The notes under the pieces were generated by a model, which saw only the letters and a list, made by a program, of their open reading frames with translations, was not told the origin of the DNA and searched no databases. Shown here piece after piece: positions 11,401-23,289 of a stretch of DNA of 64,000 nucleotides. The stretch is taken from contig JAYWIR010000039.1 of the NCBI GenBank assembly GCA_036172245.1, positions 930,001 through 994,000 of the forward strand. Direction: 5' to 3'. Source of the stretch: Raillietiella orientalis (lineage: Eukaryota). Every line of letters begins with the position of its first letter. Position 1 is the first letter of the stretch. The translations under genes were made by a program, and so were the position numbers.

Positions 11401-13398
11401 GAGTTCCTTTGTGATCTCTTTCAGTCCGTCTTCCAGGATTCGGAACCTTCGCTTTCCGCGCAGCTGCCGCCTCCCCTCGAGAATCGAGCGGGTCCGGGTG
11501 GTGCACCCTGCATCCCATGTCGGAAGTTGCCGCCAACCTTCTCCCCCGCGCCGATCGCCGTTGCCACCCGCCGGGCGAGAGCTCAGAGAGTCGTAAGCAT
11601 CGCTCCTCCTGCTAGATGCGATCTTCCCCGCAGGCGCAGCCTCCGTCCGAAATGATGAATCGATGTCCTCTTCGTGGCGCGAGATCGGGCGCGGTCGCCA
11701 GCGGACGTCCGGCTTTTCCGTGCCGCGGAGACGGCTTCCCGTCCTTCCGGCGCCTCTGCCTTGCGCTGAGGCCCGCGGACGCACCGCGCTTCGGCGCGCG
11801 TGGACGAAAACGCCGGTGACAGTGGTTCGGGACGTGCGACGGCGCCTCGTTCCAGGCTCGCTCCTCGCTTTGTCGTGTGTCTGACGGCCAGCAGGTGTGG
11901 TCGAGACAGCCGCATCAGTCTGGGGGCGGACGGAAAGTCGTAGGCGGTCGCCCGAAGACGGGAGGAGGTGGTATGGCGCGCGGCGTGGTTCCGGGACCAA
12001 GGGACACGGTTCTTCTCTGGTGCGAACATTTGGGGTAGGGCGCTTTGCACACCTGGCTGCTCGGAATCTCTTGCACGCTCGCTGGACGCGGTCATCCTGT
12101 CGAAGGCAGCGCGTCCTCTACTGCCAGCGCTGATTCTTCGTCGGCGAAGGGCCCAAAAGCCTCGCTCCGTGCACTCCTCGAGCCTCCGGACGACCGGCCC
12201 CTGGATTTCGCTGATCCCAGGCATGTGGCCTCCTCGGAGGGAGGGATACGCTGCTGCATCTTTCTTACCCCTCGGCCTCGTGCCGTGGAGCGGCGCGCGA
12301 GAGTTCCGCCACGACAGAATAGGCGGGGTGTGAACGGCTTGAGGCAGCGAGGAGGATGTCCAGCTGCACCTAGGCACCCTCCCCGTAAAGGTGTTGTTGT
12401 TGGCTCGCACTCCTTCCCTGCTTAAGCTGCTTCCTTGCAGGGCTTCCTCGACAAGGTCGACCTACCCGTTTTCTTAGTGTTCCAGGTCGTTCCTTCGAAA
12501 TGAAGGATGGAAGGAATGAAAGGGAACGGCTTTCGCGTTCCGGGAGCAAGTGGGTCCGAATGGAATGGGTAAGCGCATGAACATGGATGGGATTGAGCTA
12601 TCTGGAAGTGGCGACCGTGATAATCGGCGTCTCGCCCGGGAGAAGGAGGGAACGGGACAGCAGGGAACTGTCTCCGGTCACGGTCCGCAATGTTCTTGCA
12701 ATAGCCTCGAGCCTGTCTTTTGCGACAGCTCCCAGCTCAGGCCGCTTCGTCGCATCCTTTCCTCGATGGAGACTGAGACGTGCTCCTCACGAATCCTGAT
12801 ACTTCCGCTGCTTGTTGCTGGTAGCAGAAGTTTTTCAGAGGGAGGTCAACCGCTAAGGCGGGGGAGATGAGGCTTCTTTCGAGAAGGTCTCGGAGCTTAC
12901 GGTCCGGCAGGTGCAGCGTCCCTGCTGCATCTTCTGGTGCAGTGCAGCTTTGGCATTTTGGGAGGCGTGCTGGAGCCTCCGTGCTCCAGCATTATGGCGG
13001 TATGAAGCTGGAGGGCCTGTGGAGTAGGAAACCAGAAACCCGGAAGACCTACCTATAAAAATGGGGCTCGCACATGCTGCGCGGTTTGTTTCTATGATTT
13101 CCTTCGCTTTTTGTAATCCCTTAAAAGGAAATTGTGCACGTGGATGTTCCCTGCTGGACGCTGCCGAATGTCGGAGGTGGATGCCGTTTCACGCGCCTGC
13201 AACATCTCGTCCCGGGGCGCTGCACTTCGCGAGCTGCAGCCGAGAGAACCGCGCCCGAAGAGCAGCAGGCGGGTGATCCCTCTCATGACCTTGGTCTGTC
13301 GGCGGAAGTGCTGGGTGGAGAACGCGGCTCCACCAATCGAGAAGTTACCACCGCGCACTTGCTGCGAGGATTTTGCTACAGAAGGCGGGCGCTGTGAT

Positions 13399-16300
13399 TT
13401 CACACCCGGGTGCGCCGGGGCGTTTATTCCTCTTGCAGGAATCGATGGAGCCAAAAGGCTCACCGATTCCAATTTTTACACTAAAACTAGAAGGAGGCCG
13501 GCGAGGTCCATAACGTCCACGAAAGGGAGGAGGGATGAAACAAAAATAGAAAAAAAAGGAAACAAACTTTAAAAAACAATAAAAACGAACAAAAACAATT
13601 AATTGGGAGGAAGGAAAGGGATCACATTTCGTGGTGAGTGAGGTCTCACCATTCGTTGAAGGATACCGGCGAGCTCCTCCTTCTCCCTTTCCAGGTGGGG
13701 CCACCTCGAAGCTATCCGCAGGAGGCCAATGGCATGCAGGACAGTCCCCCCGTCGCTTCGGCCTCCCTCGGCGTCGCACTTCGCCGCGACGACACCGCGC
13801 ACGCAGCACGGCGCTGCGATTGCGGCTGCGGGCGTCATGGCGTCCCGCACGAAGAGGCTCCTCAAAGAGTCTCTGGGATTGTTCATGGGGTGCGGAAGTT
13901 CCCACAAGTCCCGGAGGGCAACGCACTGCACTATGAGGTGGAAAAAGGTCCCCTTCTCTTCACACCTGGCACAGTTCGGCGATGCGCGACCCCCTCATTC
14001 AGTGGTGCCGGCGCGCATTGTACGGAAGACCCCAGTGCAGTACCAACAGCGCCAATACCTCGGCCCGTTCCTGGATGGCAAATTTTTCTTGCCGGAACGG
14101 GCCGTGGTGTGGAACACGTTCGTGGCCCCCCTTTTTCTCCACTTGCTTTTTGTTTGCCCCTCACCCTGCGGTGTGAGGAGGCGGACGAAGGACCTCCTGA
14201 GAATCGCCCTTTGGGGCAGAGGGCGGCCCCGAGTCCGCCTGAAGGACTTGTGTGCCCCGCGTCGCGACGGGGGCCTCGGCCTCCTCACGCTGGAGCGGCT
14301 GGAACTGCAGCTGCAGTTCAGGACAATAGCCCTAGTGGCGAAGCTGTGGAGCACCAGCTGGCGCGAGCCTGCACGACACCTGGTTCAGCGAGCCAGAGGC
14401 TGTGCGGGACTTTCTACCTTCCTAGCGCGCCTCAAACGCCGGTACCTGTTCCACTGCGGACTGGCACTTCGGCCAGGGTGAACACCTGGATCTCCTGCCG
14501 GTCCGCGAACGGCACTTCCTGGTTGCAGGAAAGCCTTCGCACGTGGGCCCAGATTGAGGAAGCGAGCAGCGACTTGCTGCCGGAGTTGCGGCAGCGACTG
14601 CTGCACTCCTTTTACAACAGCCGCTCGCTGCAGGACATCATCGTGCAGTCCGCCTCGAGTGCGTGGGCTGAGAGGACCTCCCTTGTCGCGGCTCTGTCCT
14701 ACCTCAGGGAGCACCTGGGCAGTAGTCAGCCGGCCAAGTGGGAGGCCCGATGCAGAATCTCGTCAAGAGAGAGAGAACAAGGTAGTTGGACCACGGGCCA
14801 GCTGAATGACGCTGCGACCCCAAGTGCCCCACCGAAAGGACTTGCGCTGGGGCGAGCTGCTGAGCATCCCGCTGGATGTACTCGAGTGGCTCCCAGTGCT
14901 GAGGAATACCCGGGCCCTCCCCCTGAAGTGGCAGGAGTCGGCGTTCCTGGTATTACACTGGGGACTCCCCAGCAACGCCCGCCGATCTCACTAGACGAGG
15001 AGGGCCGTGGACCCGAACTGCGTCAGGTGCGGGCAACGGGAATCCCTCCCGCACCTGCTTCTTGACTGTGTTGCTCTCCGGCCCCTGTGGTTGCGTTTCG
15101 CAACGGCCCTTGGAGCATTCACGAAGAACCCCAGAGACGTATTGAAGCGCCTCTTTGTGTGCGACGTCCTTTCGCCTGCCGCAGCCCTTGCAGCACCCTG
15201 CTGCCTACGAGGGATTGTGGCGGCCTGGAGCACCGCCATTGGTGGACCGCACGATAGGGACATCAACTGCTTCGCCCTGCGCTTCCTGAGGACGGCAGCA
15301 GGATGGTCTCATCTGGGACGTATGCGGACTGAACTCGCCGGCGTCCTGGAAAGGATGTAGAGGACGACCCCAGCGGAACGTGATCCCTTCCCCAACCCCT
15401 CCCTGTTTTTGTAAATGGTGTTTTCTTTTTTTTGCTTTTTATTTGTCCTTTCCCCCTCCGCTGCCGAGTCAAACTCGCCGGCCTGAGCGCTGGCTACTCG
15501 GCAAGTTCAGAGTTTTTATCGAACGATGTAGGGGCAATGGCCCTACACATGCATGTTCGTTTTTTTTATTATAAAAATAAATGCCTCTGCGCACCCGGGT
15601 GTGAAAGCAGCGCCGATTGCTGCCACTGGAGGGGAAACAGCTTTCCATCCATAAACAGAGGGGCACTTCCAACTCCTCGAGCTGAATGGAGAAGAGTTTG
15701 CCCCAACGTTCCAGTCCTTTGGAGACGGTTCTTGCTGTTGCCGCGTCAGCCAGCTCACGCGGAGTCCAGCCACCGATAGCTTCCTGCGGGCCGACATTTC
15801 TCAGGGAACCTCCCACTTCTACGGTAGACAGGTGCCATGTACTTCGATAGCGGAGGACACCGCTGCGGCAAAGGGGGTAGCTGGAGGATAGGCCAACATA
15901 GTCTGCTCACTACCCACCGCCTCCAATGTTCTTCCGCTGTTCTTCTAAAACTCTCGGCAGAGGGTAACTTCTGACGGGTCCCGGATGAGCTGGATCCACG
16001 TCCTTATTTTCTCCTGCCTCCAGGCCGGAGTGTTCTCAAGGCGACAGCAAATCCACGTGTTTGCTCTCACCGGAGCAGCGACACACCGGGGAGGGAAGTT
16101 GCAAGATGGAGGGCGGCGGTGGTGACACGCAAACAGGTTTGCGAGTCCACCGACCGCCAGCCGGAAGAGCAAACGTGCAGGGGCTCACCAATGAGTGGCC
16201 CAGTTCTGTATCACGAGGGCCAGTCTTCAAAAGTTCAACTGAACTTCCTTGCGCTCCAACGTCAGGAGTCCAAGTCCTCCGTCGCGACAAGGAGCACACA

Positions 16301-16600
16301 AGTCTTTTAATAGGACTCGGGACCTCCCACTGCCCCAGAGGGCTTTTTGAAGGAAGTCCTTCGTCCACTTCACCATGCCGGAGGGGGTGGGGCAAACAAA
16401 AAGCATGGGTCGGGAGACAGGGGCCACAAAGGTGTTCCGGCAACCAGAAGTTGCCCTCATCGAACGGGCCGAGCGCCGACTCTGACTTCTGGAGGCAGCC
16501 GGACCACGCTTCCGTAGGGGAAACGTCCCCCAACGGCACGCCGAGGTATTTGAAGTACCGAACCATGGGGATCCCCAAACGGACTCAGTCCGACTGCCCA
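13399..16600 (-). mobile_element. L1/Tx1-clade retrotransposon fragment interrupted by the + strand copy at 14057-15605
   Basis: On the minus strand RYFKYLGVPLG (about 16550), DLCAPCRDGGLGL and ..LQWQQSALL continue across the insert as ALLVLHWGLP..CARC..FHLIVQC..RWPHL. It ends AATAAACGCCCCGGCGCACCCGGGTGTGAA at about 13400. Confidence 0.85.
14057..15605 (+). mobile_element. L1/Tx1-clade retrotransposon, 5'-truncated, nested, with ~12-bp TSD
   Basis: VWNTFVAP..LKDLCAPRRDGGLGLL and CVRCGQRESLPHLLLDC. Flanked by AACAGCGCCAAT (14045-14056) and AGCAGCGCCGAT (15606-15617). Confidence 0.9.
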
Positions 16601-17014
16601 GCCCACGTCAGCGCTATGATGACAGCGAGATGCTGCATCCGCTCCATAGTGACCGTCCACGTTGCGACGGGGTCTCGTTCGCAGCGAAGAGAAGCTGCTC
16701 TCATGGCATCCGCCTCGATGACGATGACGGCTGCAAGGTGGCCTCACCTGCCAGAAAAAGTCGTTAGGGCGATCCGCGACCGCTTTTAGGAAGGAAGGAA
16801 CGTGTCAACCGTATCCCTACCTTTCCGTCTTTTTTCTCTTTATTCGTTGTCTCCTCCCTTTGTTCCGAACCCCCATAGAAGCCGACCTGCGTGCCGGTGG
16901 TCATCACCAACAAACATCTTTTTTTGTCGTTGTTACCCTACTGAAGGAACACTCGGGGTTTTTCCTGATGTGTAGTTTATTATTTTTAAATAAACGTCCT
17001 GGAGTGACCGGGTA
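16600..17014 (+). mobile_element. Divergent L1/Tx1-clade 3' fragment
   Basis: CCIRSIV..REAAL..AARWPHL..stop (16789), a T-rich UTR, and the terminus AAATAAACGTCCTGGAGTGACCGGGT. Confidence 0.75.
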
Positions 17015-18469
17015 CAATCCGACCAGGAGGCACGCAGTGGAGCTGCGACGCCCACCCGACACGCTTCCCGAGATGTCTCCTTCGATCCGGAATGTAGATC
17101 CGGCCCACGCGGTGCATGAAATGGAGAGTCGCGAACCTTCCCGGGGAAGAGTTTTCCCAATCCGCCGCTCGAACGAAGCAGCGAGCAGCCGGCGATCCCA
17201 AACGAGGGCTCTGGAAAAAACGGCGAGCCAGGGGCTTTCGGCATCACCGTTTTCCGAAGCGAGCTGGTGTCCCGGACCACCTGGAAGGGCAAAAGGAAAG
17301 AAGGAAGAAAGGAACGCCAGAAAGGTAGGAATTTGCGCGGAGGGATAATTTGCTTTCGATCACTCTTTGTGGAACGAGAACAGGCGCGAGCGCCTCAGCT
17401 GTTCGAGGCACTAATTGTCCTTGACGGTTGCCGCTTCTGCGTCTGTAAAGTTGATAAAAGGACACAAATATTTACGAGATATTCGCAGCCGAGCTGCAAA
17501 GACCCGCGAAGCTGATCTGGAGGAGGTGCAGCGTGCAACTTTGAAGCTTCAGGAGAAGGAAAGCAAAAAACTTCCGGAATGCAGCAAAAGCGCCATGGCA
17601 ACCGCTGCGGGGTTGCGGAAGCCGCCAGGAAGTCTGCTGCGTCTGTAGCTATTTTTAGATCACCTTTGAGGAAATTCATTTGCAATTTCATTTTACGCGA
17701 AACATTTGGCGCTTCTTGATTGGAAGTGATGCTAATGCTTGTAATTATCCCGAAACTTTCAGCTAGATTGCGCCATTTTCCGTCTCCCGCGGGAGAAGCG
17801 AAAGCTCGTTCTGCACCTTGCGCAGGCAAAGTGTGATCCTGGAAAGGAATCGGGTGTCGCTTCTTCCTCCGCAGCCTCCCTACCCGCGGAAAACAAGCAA
17901 AGACTGCGGGCCGAATCTCCACTCGAAGAGGCACGCGAATCTCCCGCCTGGTGGCGCGCAGGGAAAGCAGACGTGGACACTGGATACCGACCCCCTCCGC
18001 TCGCGTCGGCGGGACAGTCACAAGTTTGCAACTCGTTTGCAGCTCGCGCTAAATCTGCTACCACCCTGTTGAAAACGAAGCTGCGTTTCCTGAGGGATCC
18101 AAGGCCGCAGTCGATCGCGACCTCGTCCAGCTCAATTTCTTCCTGGAAACCCTCCTCCGCTGCGCTCAAGAATCTCTTGTCTTCCAAGCGGCGCGTGAGC
18201 TGCGGACGTCCCACGGGAGATTCCTCTGCGCGCATCTTCCCGCGCTGCGGCGGTAAACCGGCAAAAGACCGAAAAAATCCTCCTCAGCGGCGCCAGCGGA
18301 ACATGCTCCCTAACCGGAGGAGAGCGGAACGAAAGCATCTTTGTACCACTTGGCGTGTGATCCGTTCAGGTGTTTGATCTGCACGTGACCGGGGAACGCG
18401 AAGGCGTGTCCGTGCATCGTACAGCAGGCCGCATCCGCGAATGGTACTTTCAACAACGGCATTCGTTTG

Positions 18470-18683
18470 ATGGGCGCACCCGAGTGCAAGAGATCGCGAA
18501 GAGCTGGACACGAGCCCAAACGGCCGGGCAGGCGCCCGAATTTCGGTGCCGCTCGCCCCGCGGCCCCTACAAACTCCGTTCACCGCCCACCTTCTCGCTA
18601 GGAAATGAGCATGGCTTTTCCCTAAGGGAAAAGCAGCGTGTGTACCTTTGTAAGAAATATACATCCCGGTGCAACCGGGTAGG
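18470..18683 (+). mobile_element. 214-bp retroposed insert with LINE-like terminus and exact 17-bp TSD
   Basis: ACAACGGCATTCGTTTG occurs at 18453-18469 and 18684-18700. The insert ends AAATATACATCCCGGTGCAACCGGGTAGG, resembling the LINE family terminus. Confidence 0.65.
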
Positions 18684-18984
18684 ACAACGGCATTCGTTTG
18701 GCACACGGTGGAGCCAGCCAAGGAAACATCGCTCTGGATCCCCCAAATAATTCGAAAAATCCCGGAAAATAATAACCTTTTTTTTTACACATGAAAAAAA
18801 AAAAAAAAAAAAAAAATGGAGATCAATGAAATCATGGGTGAAGTGAGCATTTTTGTGCACGGAGCAGACTGATCATGCAGTCCGACGCAGCCTGTAATTT
18901 TAGGAGGAAATTCGCTTCTGAATTTGGATAATTGAGGCTTACTCATTCTCATAATCATTCGCTATTCGTCATTCGCCTGAACAT

Positions 18985-21900
18985 ATGCTGCTTCGGGGAT
19001 TCTCAATATTTAGCAACTGCATTCTTTGTGCAGGTTGTTTGCTGTCGCTTCCCTGGAACACTGTATCAAAAACGAAGACAGAACCGGGAAAAATGGAGCT
19101 GAGAATCATTGCGGAGATCGTATCTCACATGGAAAAAGAGCCAGAGTTATTCGGAGAATACGGGATGGTCTATTATTTCAAACACACCGATTTCTCGGAA
19201 TTTCTGGGTAAGAAATATTCATAGTTGGGATGCGGTTCCCGCTTGTTTCCCGTTTGGTGGGTTTGCTTTGTTTTCCCGATCAGGGAATTTCGGGTCGAAT
19301 CCGAAATTCGAGTGGGAAGTGTTGAGACGCGAGAGAGAAAGAAAGCATGCCCGTTGCCTGGGAAATTCGAAGACACGGCGTTTCCCGGGATTGCACGCAT
19401 ACGGTAATCCAATCGGGCATATTTCCAAATATACTTATGTACGGACAGCGTATGATTCCAAGTACATGTGTGTGCGTGTACAGCGTGTCGAACAAAGCTC
19501 TGGAGATGGAGCTGCCGTGCTTTTCTACAACTGCCAGTAGCGTTTATAGAAAATACTCTAGAGTGTACTGAGCTCGTTGCGTCTACCTCTGAAGCCGAAA
19601 GATGGTCGAAGCTTGAGAGGTGCCTGCTCGCTTCGGTCTGGTGCTTGCACCTGGAAACCCAGTGTCCCCGCTCATCGAGAAACGGACGTCCTGGAATGCT
19701 TGTGTCGCTCACTTCTCACTGACGTTCTTTTCCGGGTACAGATAGACATCGGATTCTCTTTTGCCTTCTTGCCACCCCGGTAGCTGCTTCAGACTGGGGA
19801 CTGGGACTATCATTGCCGATGCTGAACTAGAAAAAAATCCGTTGAGAAACCGCCATTTTTTTTTTTTTTCTTCTTGTCTGTGCTGAACCCGAACACCGTG
19901 ACTGCTGTAGAGGTTTTTCTTCGGCACAGAGGACCGCGAGTCCTTCCAAGGACAGTGCGGAGCTCGAGACCTGCCCTATTCAAATTGTGCGACAGGAGCT
20001 GTTTGTTTCCGGGAAACTTCCGCGGCGCCTCAACACCATCCACGATGGGCAGAGCACGTGATTCGCTGCGGAAGTTACTGGCATGTGTTGCCCGAAGTGT
20101 TACAAAACACCTGCTTTCCCTTTCTTGGACTTCTTGGGTTGACTTTTTCTTGAATTTTGAGCGTATCGTTTAGCACGGATCTCCAAGAGACGCCCCTCAT
20201 CTAGTTCAAGGGGAACCTCTCTTTGCCTGATGTCTCGAAATTCCTGGGTAAGAAAATATGGAGGGCTGGAGGATTTCTGCCTTGATGTTCGCCAGTATCA
20301 AGGTATCTTTGGACACAACCTCACGTATCTGTGAAGGATGCTGTTGGTGGTACAGGTCTCTTTTGCCAAAACGCTGTGTCTCCCAAGGGACGCCAGACTG
20401 CTATATGTCCGGATGAGGTGATCATTGCCTTCATCTAGCAAATGCACGCTGCTCTTGAAAGAGAAAGGAGCTTTGACAGGAGGGCGTCAGAGAGCAAAGA
20501 AAGTTGAATGACCTCGCACAGCTTTACAGCCTTCCTCCATTCCTGATTTCTTCTCTCTACGAACCTCGATTTTTCGCTTCGAGGATAATTTCGCCTCCCC
20601 CTGAGGCCTTCCTTCCAAGCATCACACCCGGAAGAGATGTTCGCTGGCTCTGAATATTGGCGTCTTGGTCTTTGCGAGTCACTACTCCAGGGGAAGGAAA
20701 TCCGGGTTTTCCGTGGAAGAAAGTCGGTCGGAATGTTTTCAACCGTCCGTGTTGACGCGAAATGCTTGGAAACAAAGAAGATCACGTTTCAGAGATCTCA
20801 AGCTGCTATCACCGGAAGCAGCGCTGTTGGAAACCACCCCAAAAACAAGCGCACGTTTGAAACATCGGAGATGCGATCGTTGGGATAAGGGAAACTTGTA
20901 CAAGGGGTAATGAGTAAACAAGGAACGGTTTTCTTGCAAAGTAATTCCAGGAGTAGATTCCTTCCGGGTTCCCTTAGGAGGAAAAACGAGGAACGCTCCC
21001 CTCCAAGGGGTCCCTCTGGAGAGGGTAAGGAAGAGGTTCCCTTCGAGGTTCCCTTCCAAGTGTAAGGAGAACAGACTCCATCCTCCGGGGTTTTCCTGGA
21101 TTCATAGGGGTGGTCCCTCCGGGTTGCCCCCTAACTCTTGAAGAGTCACACGTACGTGGCGTGGACAGCGTTAAAGAGCTTCGTGAACCCCCTCGAAGGA
21201 GGCAGACGGTTCTTCAGCACTTGGCGAGCCCCCCCCTCCCCCCCAAAAAAAAAAACTTGTGCAAGGGATGGTGATAAGCAGGAGTTCATCTTCCTCTGAA
21301 AGTCGTGGGCCATTCTCCCTCGAAGATTGAAGCTCCAGCGATGGATGAAGGCTTCCTGAACAGCACTCTGTATTGCGTCGATCTCCAAAAGACTGATCAT
21401 TTGACATTCCAGTAGCACTTTATTGTCCGTTGTCTTGGAGCTGACGCGTCTGCTGCTCCGACCAGAGCGCAAATTAGGGCTTCCTCAAGGCGGCAAGTTT
21501 GAGGAGCGGGAAGCGCTCTGCTCAGGGAATCTCAGGAGGAGAGTCGAAAGTGGATGTGCGTTTGGTCCAGTTTTCATTTTGCTTCCCTTATTGTGTTTGT
21601 ATGTAATCGGTGCATTCTAGATGAGTCGAAATCCTACACTTTCTTCATTCCGAAGCACGAGGTTCTGCAGAATCTGCTTTTACAAGACGCGGAAGACCCT
21701 TTCATAGCAGATAAAGAATTTTGCAAAAAGGCCCTGATGAACATCATCGTTCCGGAAAAAATACATCTTGCTGATCTCAAGGGCAAACAGCAGCTGACTA
21801 CCTTGGGAGGAAAAACCATCGACGTTTCCGTAGAGGGAGGTAAGAGGGGGCGGCCTTCCGATTGCATGCCTGAACGAGTTCTCGCACAGATGAAGTTGTC

Positions 21901-22050
21901 CTGAACAAGGGCATCCACGTGACCGAAGTCGACGAACTCAAGTTGCCCGACGCCTCGGTCTTCCTAACTGATAGATTCCTGTTCGTTGATCACAGGGACA
22001 TGGCAGAATTCTTCAAAAGTCACCCACACCGATCATTCTGCAGCGCTTGA
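18985..22050 (+). CDS. Secreted single FAS1 (fasciclin) domain protein; exons 18985-19207, 21621-21839, 21890-22050
   Basis: GT-AG introns join in phase (phase 1, phase 1). Hydrophobic N-terminus, FAS1-like motifs YTFFIPKHE (H1), LTTLGGKTI and VFLTDRFLF (H2), stop at 22048-22050. The start codon and first exon are less certain. Confidence 0.78.
20900..21255 (+). mobile_element. SINE-like element, 3' half, inside intron 1 of the FAS1 gene
   Basis: GGTTCCC sub-repeats, GATTCATAGGG and GTGGACAGCGTTAAAGAGCTTCGTGA..ACGGTTCTTCAGCACT, followed by a C/A tail. Confidence 0.8.
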
Positions 22051-23069
22051 GACAGAGTCGAGTGGAAAACACGTCAATAAAAGACTGCTGTGCTGTCGTG
22101 TTCGAGCGTTCGCATCTCCTCTGGCAAAGCTTCAATAACTCGGTCGTTCCGGTGTGTGATTCCCAAAGATTCATGGGAAAGGACTGTTCGGATGACACGG
22201 TGCAATCCACAACTAGACATCTTATTTTTCATGCGTGAATCTTTCGAGAAGCACACACGCGAGAAAAACACACACACAAAAGCAAAGTCTTTTCCAGTAA
22301 GCCATTCGTATGAAACGTCCGTGGGCGGTTATGCAAAGATCGACAATCGCTATCCATAAAAGGCTGAGTTGGTAATTCTTAATTTGGTTTCCACGTGGTA
22401 ATTTCAAAATACCCGAAAGATAAAGGGGGAATGAAATTCTAGAAGGGTGTGCGAAAAAGTAGGATAAGCTCTTCATGCGTGGTGGGCTTTCCTCCAAGCA
22501 GACATGTCAGACACTTTCTTCGTACAAAGGGCAAATTAACACAAGAAAAGACAATTCAGGGACTATTACCCACAGTATAAGAGCGTGGGGCATATCTTCT
22601 GACAGAGGACTCTCAAACGTCGGAAAAGTCTCCGTATGGATGAGAAGGAAACCAAATTAAAACCAAGAAAAGCCGTCCAGGCCGCTTTACATGCCAGACA
22701 ATTCATTCGCGTCTGCCTAGGGTTGAACCGGCAAACTTGCGAGCTTTCTCATGGGTCCTCTTACAGACTTGAGAGAACAGAGCACTTCTTTCTTTCAAAA
22801 GATCCACCAGAAGAAAGGACGACTTCCTTGCCGATGGTTGATTTCGCCTTTCTTCGATGTGTGAAACGTGTCCCCCAGAAAGAGCACGTGAAGGGAATAA
22901 GAAGAAACTTCCGTTATGTTGCACCTGAAACGAACCGCGTTCTCTGAGAACTTCGGGTGTTTGCCGTCTCGCCTTACATCGCATGCGCGCGTCATAAGGG
23001 TTGCTGCCGGCATGTACATCGAACACGAATGAAGCGTGCATTATCGTCCTAAACGCAATACCAAAACAC

Positions 23070-23253
23070 CAAGCGTAAGAGGAACGGACTCCTTCCTCTG
23101 GAGTCTTCTTGGATTCATAGGGTGGTCCCTACAGGGCCACTTCCTAACTTGCGGGCTTACACGCACCCTGGGGTGGCGTAGACAGTGTTTAAAGAGCTTT
23201 GTGAGCGCCCCCTAAAGAGGAGAACGATTCTTCAGCACTCAGCGAACCAAAAA

Positions 23254-23286
<33 letters not shown>
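23070..23286 (+). mobile_element. SINE-like element, 3' end with (CA)n tail
   Basis: CCAAGCGTAAGAGGAACGGACTCC..GATTCATAGGGTGG..AAAGAGCTTTGTGAG..TTCTTCAGCACT, then AAAAAC(AC)n. Confidence 0.8.

Positions 23287-23289
<3 letters not shown>

Noticed and set aside
9000..13100. Many long overlapping ORFs in GC-rich DNA (also about 31-36 kb, 44-49 kb and 53 kb)
   Set aside because: They are Arg/Pro/Ser-rich, overlap in several frames and show no recognisable domain, as expected by chance at high GC. Unrecognised exons cannot be excluded.
13638..15065. 475-aa ORF as an intact gene
   Set aside because: It is a chimeric read-through of two oppositely oriented LINE fragments, and only part is in the true ORF2 frame.
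15606..17014. Twin-priming 5' inversion of a single LINE
   Set aside because: The minus-strand segment continues past the nested insert to its own 3' end at 13399, so these are separate elements.
19625..19637. TGCTCGCTTCGG resembling the U6 snRNA 5' end
   Set aside because: Only a 12-nt match with no downstream U6 sequence.
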